A program made the translations under genes and the position numbers. Source: Chiloscyllium plagiosum (taxonomy: Eukaryota). Taken from it: a stretch of DNA of 64,000 nt. Location of the stretch: contig NC_057720.1 in assembly GCF_004010195.1 (NCBI RefSeq), positions 18,014,425 to 18,078,424 of the forward strand. Reading direction: 5' to 3'. Positions within the stretch are counted from its first letter, which is position 1, and every line of letters begins with the position of its first letter. Positions 13,481-26,506 of this stretch are shown here, in pieces. Below the pieces are notes generated by a model. It worked only from the letters and a program-made list of their open reading frames with translations. It searched no databases and was not told where the DNA came from.

Positions 13481-14232
13481 TTATACTTATAAAAGTATCT
13501 TTCTTTAAGATACAAGTTTTTGTGCTGGGATCCTAAGTCATGAGCTGTTTTCTTTTTAAAAAAATGTTCCAATTGCACATATTCTTTGTACTGTGATGCC
13601 CAATTAAAACCATCTGCTGACATATTACTGACCAAAATGTGCCTTGAAGGCACTAACGCATTTAATTAATCCTCCGTTAAGACCATCATGGTACATTTCT
13701 GTCATAAACAAGTAAAATTTGTTCTCATTAGCATAAAATACAATATTGCACAAGATGATGCATCTTTTTATAAGCAACCAATGTCCCAAGGGTTTTCAAC
13801 TCCACTGACTGAACTACCAAGCAAAAGGAAAAAAAAACAAACTCTCCCATTCTAAATAAATTAGAAAGTGTGCATTTCAAGTTTTAAGAAAGGAGATACT
13901 GTATATAATACTGTCAACATCTTATCTCCTGTCTGTTTCACACACTCTTTCCCATACTAGCATGTGGCAACAACAATTATAATGAAAAGGTTTGGCAAAG
14001 GTTAAGGCAGACAAAAGAACAGGTAAAATGACCACCCACCCCCAAAAAAAATCCATTATGAAATTCAGTACATCATCTCCACCATTTCAATGGCAGATGC
14101 CTATATAATTCCTCACTTTAGTCCTTTAGTTTAATCAGCAGGCCAGACTGAAAGCTGCATTCAAGTCTGAATGATTGGAGCCCACCTGGTCTTTGATATG
14201 AACCAGAAAGCCTCATGTGTTCACAGTGATGG

Positions 14233-14571
14233 TCACACGGTGGTGGAGAAAGATTCTACCTGTTTTGGACTCACTGTGCAGACATTTTGGTTACTAATCT
14301 GGTTATAGAGACCAGAGCCTATAGTTCCATCCTCGTTATCACTGTCAGTACTGTCCTCACTGTCCTTATCATTAGTTTCCGTTTGTGCATTTCTACTGAG
14401 GTGGCGAAAATGGTGAGGAACCCCCCGGAGATCACGAACCCTCATGGAATCGGTAATTAGATCTTCATCAGAGGAGTGGAATGAATCATCATCTGCTATG
14501 TGGTTCACAATATGGATCCTATCAAAAGTGTGTGGGCCGGAGAAGACCCTCTGTCCTTTTAGGCACATGAT
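14233..14571 (-). CDS. EVI5: EVI5 terminal coding exon (112 aa + stop)
   Basis: Acceptor ctctttcaacag|ATC. It encodes IMCLKGQRVFSGPHTFDRIHIVNHIADDDSFHSSDEDL...ESFSTTV*, matching the recalled EVI5 C-terminus (LRCLKGQRGFSG..FDGIHIVNH..DDESFHSSDEDF...ESYSTTV). It is the 14233..14607 ORF minus its first 12 intronic codons. Confidence 0.94.
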   Translation of the reverse strand: MMCLKGQRVFSGPHTFDRIHIVNHIADDDSFHSSDEDLITDSMRVRDLRGVPHHFRHLSRNAQTETNDKDSEDSTDSDNEDGTIGSGLYNQISNQNVCTVSPKQVESFSTTV

Positions 14572-15194
14572 CTGTTGAAAGAGAATATGATTGTTATTTT
14601 GCCACAATCATGAATATTTATCATTTGTAGTATTTTAAAAAACAAAACCTGGAAAAGATCTACAGTACAACTTATCTACTGAAGTGTATTTCTGCTGGCA
14701 GTCAATTCCGTCAGACAAGGTTTCCTACATACTCCAACATTGACCAAGTACTGCAATCATTGATTAAATTCTGAGTGCTTCAGTCAAATGCAAATAAACT
14801 GTACCTCTGATTTAACTCACTGACACATTGGGTTAAAGAGACATTCAAAATCCAGCTGCCCTTCCCTTACATTGTAAATATATGTGTGTTGACCAGACCT
14901 TGCTTTTACCATCAGCAATATCAGCCTATCAAAATGAAAGATAAAAATCCACCTTAAGAGATACACGAATATCATCCCAGAATAGCCTTTTCATCCGAAC
15001 TGAGTAAATGACAGTTCAATTATTAACATACTACATAATCACACACTTGGTGAGTATTATTGAAGGCTCCCTCTCAACCTGCCATCCCATATTTCCAGTT
15101 TTGTTCCTTTTCTCAATTGATCCATACTTGCTTCCAAAATGATTATTTTTCTATAATTAACAACTCCAGTCTTGTAACAAAAAATATTGAATGG

Positions 15195-15238
15195 TCCAAT
15201 GAAGGCAATAAAATGATCCAATGAAGGCAATAAAATGA
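15195..15238. repeat. Perfect 22-bp tandem duplication
   Basis: TCCAATGAAGGCAATAAAATGA x2. Confidence 0.95.
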
Positions 15239-18200
15239 TTATTGGTTAGATGGAATAAAAGCATAAAACTACAGGAGTTTTCAGAACAAATTCATGCAAA
15301 ATTTCACAATTTGTTATGCAACTGATGCAGTCATTACAAAATATGAGTATCTTAATTCGACAAGAAAATATTAGAAGGGGAAGAATGAGCAGTAAATTCA
15401 ACCTCCAGGCAGGATTAATACAGATTTACCAAAACAAAAGTTATATATTAGTCTAACTCAGCACATGAAATGCAAAGAAACTCAAAATACTCCAGGATAA
15501 CCAAAGAAATATAAATGTAGGAGCAGTGTTAGTTTTCTTTTTAGCCTTTACAAAGTACACATGCTGCAATGTTAGGTTACTGAAGTAACCAGTTATCCAA
15601 AAAAAATCCACAAAGGGGGAACATATACAACCATTTTGAATCTGCATAAATAAATTAAAAGTGTGATGAAAATGATTGTTCTAAGTGGAAATTTTACTCA
15701 TACAAATAAATGTGGTATGAATTGCACCAGTTAGAATGGACTGGGACATACACAGTCAATTACTCACCTGAAGGAGACTGCCCCAGTCCGTTATGCATGT
15801 GGTGTAAGGAGGGAGTAAAAAGACAGCAATTTAGAAGAGGTAACACTATCTACACCACAGCATTAAAGATTCAATATGGGCGAATTTCAAGCTCTCAATA
15901 AGAGCAAGTATTAACAAATAAGGCAGGTGGATTTTTAAATTCAAATTTCTCTCCTCCATGCTGGGGGTGTTGATTTTTTTTTGCTGGGAAATGATTCAAT
16001 GGGCACTGGCGGGGTGTGGGTGATGCCTTGACAGCTTGATCAAGCTTACCTTTTATTCACATGGTTTCATTAACAGGTCATTTGACTGACACTATGTTGT
16101 TCAAACCTTCTCTGCTTAGCCCTCCTTTTTAGAAAACAGTGATACATGTTGGGATATCCCTCTATCGCTCGCAATAAACTCACTATGGTGTCCATTCTCT
16201 ACATGGAGAAGCTGCCCTCAAAAGAAAGATCACAGAAGTGTCCTTCCAGCAAGGATTACTGGAAGAGTTGGAAATGTCAAATTGTTTCTGCTAGCTAAGG
16301 ACAGCCAGTGTTATTTATAGAGGAAAATATATTTCTCGAGTATTGTAGCTGCTCTTGATAAATACTGATTTGTGTAGAGACTGAGATTTTACTTGTCAAT
16401 CCATTTCCAAATTTACACCTGTCTGAGTCTATTTGGTCATTCACCCACTTAACATCTCAGAATTGCCTCATTATTTTCCAGTTACTAGTATCACATTGAT
16501 AGTTAATGAGGGCTGATTTGTAAAAACTGATCCTGATCCAAGTTGTAATTCAAGTTCTAGTGAAGGAAAATTGAGCATTTTTGGTTTAACAAATGTAGAA
16601 GAATTAATACTTTATGTTAGTAGAGAGCCAACACTGTTGTTTAAGATGAAGTTTAAGTTATTCCTTATGATCCAGTCAGTTCCTAGGAGCACAAACTCTG
16701 ACTTCCACCAGCAGTAATTACTTTATAAATTACAGCTAAAGTGGTGTGATACTAGTTTACTACAGTCATAGGGTTATAATACCACTGGAGGTCTTTCAGC
16801 CCACTGGGTTCACGTTGGTTGAATGGACAACAATCTAATGAGTATCACTCAACTGCTTCATCTCCCTTGCCCTCTACGTTTATTTCCCTCAAATGCCCAT
16901 TCATTTCCTTTTTAAATTATTCACGGTCTATGTTTCTACCACACTGTTAGGCAATAGTGTGTTATATCTTTACTCTGTGCCCGAATAGCAGTTTATGTTA
17001 ATTTGGCACTGTTTCTCAGCAACACAATATACCCTATTGTACATTTAAAGTATTTTAAATAAGGTTAATAAAATTCAAACCTTGGAAGCTCTGCTAGATG
17101 AGCATAGGGAAATTTGTATTGAAGATGACAGTGACTGCATTGGATATCATATACAAGTCAATAAATGTAAAACATGAATGCAGAAATAGAAGGATATTGT
17201 AAAAAGGAGCAGTGTAGCTGAGGGAAGTAAGGTTAACTTTGTGCTTATTTGTGACAGACATGCATAGTAGTTTATGAATGAGAAACAAACCTGGAGTTGA
17301 TTTTAAGCAGGAGTTTTATAAAATAATGGACATTACAAGGCTGAAACTGGCATCAAGAATGCAAGGAAGTTATCTTGATGCTAATTTTAGTTTTAGTTGT
17401 AGCAGTTTTGGGTAGGCAGCAGGTCAGCATGCAGTAAGGGAAACTAGGCGAGAGTTTCAGGGCCTAGAGGCTAAAGGGGTGTGATATTTGTTGGCTTATG
17501 TGGTGATGGAAGCAAGGACAGACTGAGGTTGGGGGTGGTCAGGTCTCTGGGCAGGGGCTTGTCATGTGCCAGGTGAAGGGGAGAGGGACTAAATTAGGGG
17601 AAGTCCATCAAATAGCTATGCAGGAATTCGACAACGTTTTTAATTATCCAACATTTTGTGGATAAGTATTAACTGCAGCCGAACCCTGTGAATTAATTGG
17701 AGAATTTTGCAGGATTCCGACTTCAGGGAATTGTCCATCAGACTCTTAAATTTCTTGGGCAATTCCTTTTGAGTCTGCTCTGTCTGGGATTCTGAACAGC
17801 TCCCATGTGCGATGCCCATCTAAAAATAACTAAGTGGCCATCAGAAAATCTTGTTAGAGACAAAATAAACCACAGATGTTGTCTGGCTTGCTGTATTTTT
17901 CCAGTCTCCTCCTTGACTACATCAGAAAATCTGGGCCAGTATATCTCCTGGACTCTCTTCTGTTTCATACATGACTACAGGCTATGTGCTCTTGTGAATA
18001 GTATAGGTTCCTTGCCTTAACAGTAGTAGGTCAAATATGCTGGGACTTTGGTTCAGGGCGATAGTTAGCCTACTGTCATTAATGGTTAAAGCCATTAACC
18101 AGGATTGCACCTTGGTGGTCCATAAGTCCACTAACATACTCTGGCCCAAATCAGGATGCATTAAATTTTATATTTCAAAGAATCATTTGGTAGTACAGAT

Positions 18201-19859
18201 CCCAGTATTGTGGAAAAAAAAATACTGTCAAAGTTTTTCATCTAGTGCTTATCAAGACAATTTGCAAGACGACCAATCGAAGGGGAAAACCAATACTTAG
18301 ACTGCATGAGTGGTGTGCGCTAATTGTTTGGCAAATGGATTTTTAAAATTTGTTTTAATTTAATCTACAATAGTTCTGTAAAATGCTGGCAAAACAGGTC
18401 TAGGTCATGTTGTAATTTCTTAGCTCGCTGTCCAGACTCTAAACTTCCTTCTTCAAGTTTGTGTCATTTATTAGTTTGACCAAATATTGTAAATACTCTT
18501 AATATAATCTCCCTAATTAACACTTGCTGTTTTCCCTTTATCAGCTCAAGCTGATCCAACGTTCACATTTTACCTATAGATACTAACTGAAGTTTATGCA
18601 GTAACATTTTAATGTGAAACTTCAAGATTTGCAGTAACCTAGGTACACTTTGTAGTGCTATTTTGCAATGTCAACATGTGAAGTGTTTCCTCACAAACGT
18701 CTGAGATTGATCCATCAGATTCGATCCCATCTGGTGCCTGTCACATGCTAAGTTATTTTTCTATATGCTCCTTCCTTGTTTTTTCCATGACTGAGCTAAG
18801 AACAAAGTTATCTAGGTTTATTTTATTACCTTTCTTGAAAACAAGTAGCACATTAGCTGGTTTACAATCCACTAGAATCTCTTCATGATGTTCAGTATTT
18901 CATAGATTTCAATGTCTGTATCTCTGAGGATGTGGGGATTTAGCATTTTCTTACATTCTTTATAACTGCCTATTGTGGGAAGTATCACCCAGACCAACAG
19001 TTAAGTCACAGAACCTCCTATACTGGCTGGCTTCTCAACAGTGTTTCCAGTAAACAATCATCCACTACTTTCTGAAGGAAGTCAGACTTCACTCGACACA
19101 TTAACACCTCCTCTCTCCACAGATGCTGCCGGGTGTAGAGAATTTCCAGTGCTTGCTGGTTTTAATTATGTGTTAACTTTTTTAATCTTAATCTTCAGTT
19201 TCAAAGACATGCCCATGGGCCTCAATTTCTTTTTTTGATAACTCTCTTGCTTGATAATACGGCAATCATGTTTTATTCTATTGTTTAGTTTCAACAGCCA
19301 AGTTAATCTCAAATTGCTCTGCCCATCTAAGACTTTTGTACATCTATTTCAGTAGCTTCGTTCATCTCCCTTCTAGCTACTTACTTAAATATTTTTGCAT
19401 TATTAATTCAGCAGAAAAGTTTAGTCAGAGCATTCCAGAACTTTGGACTGAAAGTATTGCTGCAATAGAGTTAGGATTAGAAAGACAAACTGAGTATGAG
19501 CAAGAAAATGGGATGGGATGAGCATTCAGATCTCTGGAGGTTTGTGGGATGGAGGGCAGCGACAGCACTAAATAGAATTTAAAAAGATTAAGATTTTAAA
19601 ATTGAGGCGTTGCCAACCAGGAGCCAGTGAACATCAGAAAGTATAGGGGTGATAAACAAGTGGCATTTGAAGCGAACTGTGGCATTCTTTTACGATGGTC
19701 TGCAAAACCTACCTCTTTGATTGAGCTTTAACTCATCTATCCTGATAACTCCTTCTGTGATTCAGTGCTTCTATTAAAATTAGCCTTGTTAATCACCTTG
19801 GGATGCTTTACCATGCAAAATCTACCATTGAGTGAAAGTAGATTTTGCTTTACTTGCTC

Positions 19860-20030
19860 AAGGCATGTGGGTGCTGCTGGCTAGGCCAGCATTTGTTGGC
19901 TGCCTGTAATTACCCAAGTCAAGAGTCAGCCACATTGCTACGGGTCTGGAATCACATGTAGGCCAGACTAGGTGAGGATGGCACACTTCCTCTTCATTAA
20001 TCGGTTTAGGGTTTTTCTGTACACTGCAGT
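19860..20030 (-). mobile_element. Shark SINE 3' part sharing its tail with the 23270-24600 LINE family
   Basis: ctggctaggccagcattt is the reverse complement of the LINE tail aaatgctggtccggccagc. The body matches 2030-2300. Confidence 0.65.
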
Positions 20031-21325
20031 ATCTCATCTTTTGATGCATTTATCCTCCATATTGAGGAAGAATTTCTTTAAGTGAAGCTTTTCTAAGGAC
20101 TAACTAATAACACCCCTCATTGCATGAAATTGACCCTTTCACAGTTGCGAAGTTGAGCACCGATACATTGTATTCACTTATCATGCCAAATGCAATCATA
20201 ATATGAATGTCATCATTCAGAGGTGCTAAAATATGCCTGTTCTGCTTAATGCAGTGAATGAAATTACAGTCACAATTAGTTCTGATTCTAGACAATGTGG
20301 CAGTTTTCAGTTTGTACTAAACTGGTAAAGTTCTCACACCTCTGTAACTTTCTGCTTAAACGTATCTTCATCACTTCAAAAGAACAGTCTGTGGTCATCT
20401 TTTAGACTTATGGAAATTTGGAATTCCCTTCACATTACATATATACAGCCTGACTATCTCTGAAAGATCTAGGGAAAGATTACTACACCTCACTTGATAT
20501 AAAATTTTCTGCCTCTGGAAGTTTTAAATTTTTTATTAAATACAGTATATATTTTTATATAAATGTTTTCATGCGCATACTATCCATATTGATAGGTTAA
20601 GCCTGATTTTCACGATATTCTTTTTGAAAAAATGTGAACTTTGTTATAAATACTTGGTGTTGTTTACTCATTCTCCCTGCTGTGTTTATTCGCACAAGGA
20701 AATGAGTACCAACCTACAACACTGTCCATTACTCAACAATGCCCACAAAAAGGAGAACAAATTTTGTCCTGAAATTACTGCCACAATAGCTTACTCATAA
20801 TTAAGGTAATGCAAGTTCTCATTGACAGTGTTACCAAGTAAAACATGCACAGCAATAGCCTGTTCACCAGTGCATTGATTTGGTTCTGCGAGACCACACT
20901 GTTCCAGATCTCATTACAAACTGTGGTTCAAACTTGGCAAAAAAGGAGCTGAATTTCAGAGGAGAGGTGAAAGTGACTGCACATAACACCAAAGCAGCAT
21001 CACAGGAGCTGCAGCTAAATTGACTTATATGGAAATCAGGGGGAAAACTTTCCAGTGATTGCAGTCATACATGGCACAATGGAAGATAGTTGTGATCAAT
21101 TACAAAAATTGCATGACAGTGCTGTAGCAGTTGCTCAGGGTTGTGTCCCAGGTCCAAATATCTTCACTTGTTTCACCTTTCACTTTCCAGCCATGGTAAG
21201 ATTGGATAGGTGCAATACCATTCATAATTCCTCTGAGTCACATAGTCTGCATTGACAGTGAGAAAGACTGGGAAAACATTCAGACTTACGCTGACCAGAA
21301 ACAACTGGACCACTTATATAAATAG

Positions 21326-21484
21326 TCAAAAAGTGTGGTGCTGGAAAAGCACAGGAATGTGATGAAGAACTTATAATAAAAACGTCAACTCTCCTGCTCC
21401 CCAGATGCTGCCTGACTGGCTGTGCTTTTTCAGCACCACACTTTTTAATTCTGATCTCCAGCATCTGCAGTCCTCACTTTCTCC
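21326..21484 (+). mobile_element. Mini PLE-terminus insertion with short 5' inversion
   Basis: Ends ...ctgcagtcctcactttctcc. Direct repeat CCACTTATATAAATAG (16 bp) at 21310-21325 and 21483-21498. Confidence 0.85.
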
Positions 21485-23025
21485 ACTTATATAAATAGCG
21501 TAGTTGTACAGACTGGGAATTTCCAGTGATTATCCTGAATCTCCATCACCACATGCAAATTCCCAAGATATCCACCATTCTAACTTGGAACTATATTCTG
21601 CTTCTTCACTGACACGGTGAAAACAGCACATAAAGATAGGTTCAGCAGGGCATTTTGTAGATGATACACACCATTGCTAATGCAAGCATTTGACGTTCAT
21701 CTTATCAAATTCCACTTGTCCAGAACTTATCCTGTGTCCGAGGAATCCATAGACAGTTATCTCTGCAACAATGAATTGAGATCTTCTACATATCCTTTCC
21801 TTTGCTTGATAGCTGTACCAATTTTGAGATTTACTGCCCTGAGGTCTTTCACTTCAACTAGAACATAATTCCTCAAACTTTCTTTGCAGCACATCCATGC
21901 TACCTGTTCCCATACATTTGGTCCCTTTGTGAACCACAGTTTCTGACTTGTTTCCTTCTTTCTAAAAAAAAGTGGGTCTTTCCAACAACTAACTTTGAAT
22001 TGCTCTTATGAAATGTCCTCTTGACAACATTAACTTCTTGCTTACTAGTGCTTGCCACCCTGTTTTTGACGTCGTCCTCATTACAGGTGTCCGGATCTGC
22101 ATTTGTCTAGCCATAACTTTCAAGGTAGGTTATATCATTTACATCCTACTTTTGAACTTCTCGATTACCTGGAGGCCACCTTCTAGAATGTTTCCTTCTG
22201 AAAGTGTGATAGTCAGCACAGGAGTGATAGTGAGCTTACGTAGCCCAGCTACTGCACCTTAACCCTGATATTCTTCAGTTCAAGCATCGCAATGCTCCCA
22301 CAAACAATATATATGTACTCATTTTGCATCATTTGCCCCTGTGTTACAGAAGGCCTTCAGTTGCTGAAAGACACTTTGGAATGTTCTGGAGTGTTTAAAG
22401 ATGCAACACAAAGTCAAGCTTTTCTTTCTTTAGAGCTGCCATGTCACCAATGTGCTACACATCTATTGAAGTCACTTTTAAACTAAACATCAGATTTTAG
22501 ACCCCACTTGATTGAGTCTCCAATTAAGACACTAGAATTATATTATGTTGTGAAACGGTTATTTATTGAGTTATGTTCCCTAACTAGTGAGTCAGGTTAA
22601 AATTGACCTCATAAAGCTAGTTCCTAATATCACCCATTTCTGCTCTTTAAATTGCTGTCCCACTCAAATATCAACTTCCTCAGTTTTTAAAAGAAAATCT
22701 CCCCAATACTATAAGATTTAGACTCACTGCAAGAACTTGAGACACAGAAACTCCTATTGTTGGTTTCTCTTCACTTAAATTTCCTCCCGCATTTTCTCAG
22801 TCAGCCTCCTGTAGCTAAAATCTCTTCATGTTTGCATAATCTCAGTTTTTCATTGAATCACAAAATGGTTACAGTTCAGAAGAAGGCTGTTCAGCCTGCT
22901 GCACCTGTGCCAGATTTTTGCAACCACAATTTACTTAGTCCAATGCCCAGAGGTCTTTCCTGTAACCCTGGTGAGACAGGGAGAGGGTGAGAGAATGAGG
23001 AAGCAGGAGAAGGAGGGAGAGGGGA

Positions 23026-23126
23026 GTAATGGAGGGAAAGGGAGGGGTAACGGAGGGAAAGGGAGGGGTAACGGAGGGAAAGGGAGGGGTAACGGAGGGA
23101 AAGGGAGGGGTAACGGAGGGAAAGGG
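23026..23126 (+). repeat. 21-bp G-rich minisatellite (~4.8 copies)
   Basis: Unit GTAACGGAGGGAAAGGGAGGG. Confidence 0.95.
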
Positions 23127-23269
23127 GGTTAAATCAAACTACAACATTTTGTAGAAAATTCACTTGACTTGCACCAATGGTAAAATGTTATTGCTTTAAA
23201 CAATGAGATTTATGAAGAACAAATAGGAGAATTTTAGCCTGATAAAGCAAAATGATCTGAACTATTGAT

Positions 23270-24600
23270 GGAACAAATCCAACCTGGTCAATTAACACCC
23301 CATCAGTTTACCCTCGATCATCACGAAAGTGATGGAAGGTGTCATGAACAAAACTATCAAGCAACACACACAACAATAACCTGCACAGTGATGCCCAGTT
23401 TCAGTTCCGCCAGGGACATTCAAATCCTGATCTCATTACAGCCTTGGTTCAAACATGAACAAAACAGGTGAATTCCATAAGAGTGACCGCCCTTGACATC
23501 AAGGCTGCAATTGACTGAGCGTGACATCATGAAGTCCGAGCAAAACTGAAATCGATAGGTATTAGGAGGCAAACTTTCCAGTGACTAGCATCACACTTGG
23601 CACACAGGAAGATCGTTATGGTTGCTGGAGGTCAGTAATCTCAACGATAGGGCACATCTGCATGAGTTCTTCAGAGTAATGTTTTAGGGCCAAACATCAT
23701 CTGCAGTTTTATTAATGACCTTTCTTCCATCATAAGGTCAGATGTGGCGATGTTTGGCAATGTTCAGCACCTCAGTAACTCCTCATATACTGAAGCAGAC
23801 AAAGTTCAAATACAACAAGATCTGGACAATACCTAGGCTTGGGTTGACAACTGGCAAGTAACAGTCATGTCACACAAATGCCAGACAATGGCCATCACCA
23901 ATAAAAGACATGTAACCACCACCCCATGACATTCAATGCCGTTCTCATCACTGTGTCCCCAGCTATTAACATTTTCGGGGTTATCATTGACCAGATGCTC
24001 AACTGGGCTCACCACAAACACAGCGGCTACAAGAGCAGGTCATAGGCTAGAAATACTTTGGCAAGTAACTCACTGCCTGACTCTACGTACAAGTCAGGAA
24101 CGTGATTGAATACTCCCCGCTTGCCTGGATGATGCCACTCAAACAGCGTCATACCATTCAGAAAAAAAACAGCCCACTTGATTGGAACCACGTCCACAAG
24201 CATTCACTCCCTCCACCACCAATGCTGAGTAGCAGTGGTGTGTACTATTTACAAGAAGGACTGCAGAAAATCACCAAAGATCAGATAGCATCTTCCAACC
24301 CCATAATCACTTCCAAGTAGAACAACAAGGGCAGGACCTGGGAATGCCACCATTTGCAAGTTCCCCTCCAAGCCACTCACCACCCTGACTTGGAAATATA
24401 TCACCATTCTTTCATGGTCATGGGATCAAAGTCCTGGATTTCCCTCCAAAAGGGCACTGAGAGTCAACCTACAGCTTGTGAAACTGCACTGGTTCAAGAA
24501 GGTAGCTCACCACCATCATCGCAAGGGAAACAAGGGATGAGCAATAAAAATGCTGGTCCGGCCAGCAATGCCCAGATCCCACGAGTGATTTTAAAAAAAA
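23270..24600 (+). mobile_element. Non-CR1 LINE, RT region to 3' end (CR1/L2/Jockey group)
   Basis: ALDIKAA and degraded GVPQGSVLGP motifs, EYSPLAWM, a 3' tail ...aataaaaatgctggtccggccagc... and a terminal A-run. Further fragments lie at 560-760(-), 20900-21620, 38500-38730 and 47860-48660(-). Confidence 0.8.
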
Positions 24601-25759
24601 CCTGGTAATCCCTTGAAGCCTAAACAACTATGTCCAATTTATACTGGCACTTTGTTTTTTCGGTTTGCTTTGAATAGCGTCTTTTTTAGATATATGCAAT
24701 ATTAACACGATCTTCATTGTGAAAAGGCTAAGGTAACTGATGCAATGAGCAAGGATTTGTCAGCAAAATTTGATGTAGTAGTATCAGAAATTGAGCAGAA
24801 GGCACTATGTACTTGAGGGGAAAAAGCTAATCAGTTTGGGTGGGGTGGGGAGAAGGATAAGATAATTCTACACACTATTTCAATGTTGACCAACACAGAT
24901 AGGAAAGATCTTATGAGGCTAAATCTGCCAGTACCTAAAACAGAGAATTTTGCAAAACAGGAATTGGGTAGTATGATAGGACACCACTAAATGATTCATA
25001 CATTGAGCCCTCAGTCGAGGCTTTTGTTGTTCTATCTTTGAATTGACTTCTCTAATTTTTCGGAATTACCTCATTTTCGACTGTCCTTGACATCAATTGC
25101 TGAAAACAAACTGTCAAATTATTCCGAGTGAGAAAACAGTGTAGTAGCGGCTGGAAATTTGTTCAGATTTTGAAGTCTATGTATAATGTTGAAACACACT
25201 TGGCAAAAGGCAATTTAAATGAAATTAACAGAAAATCGTAATTGAGGAATATCTTGGGGAAAATAAATTTGCATTCAATGACTGAAAATAAATGCAGATT
25301 TAGTGATAAACCATTCAATATTCCGGGTGAAGCACAAACTGAACAGTGAAAAATAACTGCACACCTTCCAACCAACTCTAACTCACAGAAGTGAACTTGC
25401 GCATAGATGGATAGGACAATATTCAAAAGGTAGGAGCATTTGAACCTTTCCCATAGGACGATATGTTAAGACGATAGTTCAATCAGACTAGAGAAGATAA
25501 AGGGAGACACTAATATTGTCAATTGAGATATTTCTTACTCTTAAGTCAAAGACGTATATTGCAATTCCTTAAGTAGACACTAGAATCCATAACTGGATGG
25601 AAGATAAATCTTTTTGTACTTATTTGGTTATATTTCACGTAAGCAAAATAGCTGCAGATGCCGGAAATGTGAAGTAAAAACAGAAAATGGAGCATCTGAC
25701 AACATCTGTGGAAAAAGAGAGTTAACGTTTCAAGTCTGATATGACTCTTCTTTGGATTC

Positions 25760-26506
25760 TGTAACGATGCTGTCACTTTGTCCTTGGCTTTTTTGGAAGA
25801 GAGATTGTAAAGGCAGAGGTGTCAAGCAGCCTAGGGAGCATAACAGGTTAACAATGGAAGGGGAGTGGCCAGTTCAAGTTTTTGTCTAACTTTTTTTTAA
25901 ACTGAAACAGTCACAAGATGTGAGTCCAGAAGAGTTGCAAGCTTCAGTAAAGAATTCCTCTGACTTCCTCAGAAATCTCTCTCTCTCTGAATGTTGTTCC
26001 CTCCTGCCTGTAAGAATGTGTGCTTGAATTTATCTTTTCAACAAGGGGTGTGTTATGGGATGTTACTGTATTGGAACAGTTAATTAGTAATGGTCACTGT
26101 ATCAGATTGGTTAAGTTTTCCAATAGTTAAGTTATTCTAAATTCCTAGGAGAAAGTTAGGACTGCAGATGCTGGAGATCAGAGTAGAGAGTGTGGTGCTG
26201 GAAAGACACAGCAGGTCAGGCAGCATTCGAACGGCAGGAGAATTGACATTTCGGGCATAAGCCCTCATTCCTGAACTGCTGTGTCTTTTCAGTACCACAC
26301 TCTCGACTCTAAATACAGTTAAAACACAAACAAAAGAAAACGGAAGTGTTTAAATAAATTGTTTCTTTTAGAGCAGAGTGATTTGACCAGTTGCATCATA
26401 TCTGGAATACCCACTTCATATCTGCCTGTAAAAGAAGAAAAAGTTAGGGTCTAAGCTACCTTAAAATATTTTTTGAGGGGGGTGGTGTTTGGTCTGGGGC
26501 ATAAAA
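25760..26506. mobile_element. Probable solo LTR (Gypsy-like)
   Basis: Starts TGTAAC and ends ..CATAAAA (degenerate ..CA). It has an internal AATAAA, imperfect 4-bp flanks (ATTC/ATTT), and it splits the old PLE. Confidence 0.5.
26146..26307 (-). mobile_element. Mini PLE-terminus insertion with inverted 5' segment
   Basis: Begins ggagaaagttaggactgcagatgctggagatcagag. The inverted arm is ctgctgtgtcttttcagtaccacactctc. Flanks are TCTAAATTC / TCTAAATAC. Confidence 0.8.

Larger units (their letters stand above)
12960..14232 (-). other. EVI5: Probable EVI5 3' UTR
   Basis: AT-rich stretch free of recognisable repeats, downstream of the stop codon. It contains two AATAAA signals on the minus strand. 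The 3' end is inferred. Confidence 0.6.

Noticed and set aside
14572..14607. N-terminal MWQNNNHILFQQ of the 124-aa ORF, read as a standalone gene start
   Set aside because: It is the intron's pyrimidine tract and acceptor. Similarity to EVI5 starts exactly at the splice site.
15761..15850. Perfect minus-strand donor CAG|GTGAGT suggesting an extra exon
   Set aside because: The nearest plausible acceptor gives 82 nt, which is frame-shifting, has a poor pyrimidine tract and encodes no recognisable peptide.
23026..23126. CRISPR-like array
   Set aside because: Head-to-tail repeats with no unique spacers, in a eukaryotic context.
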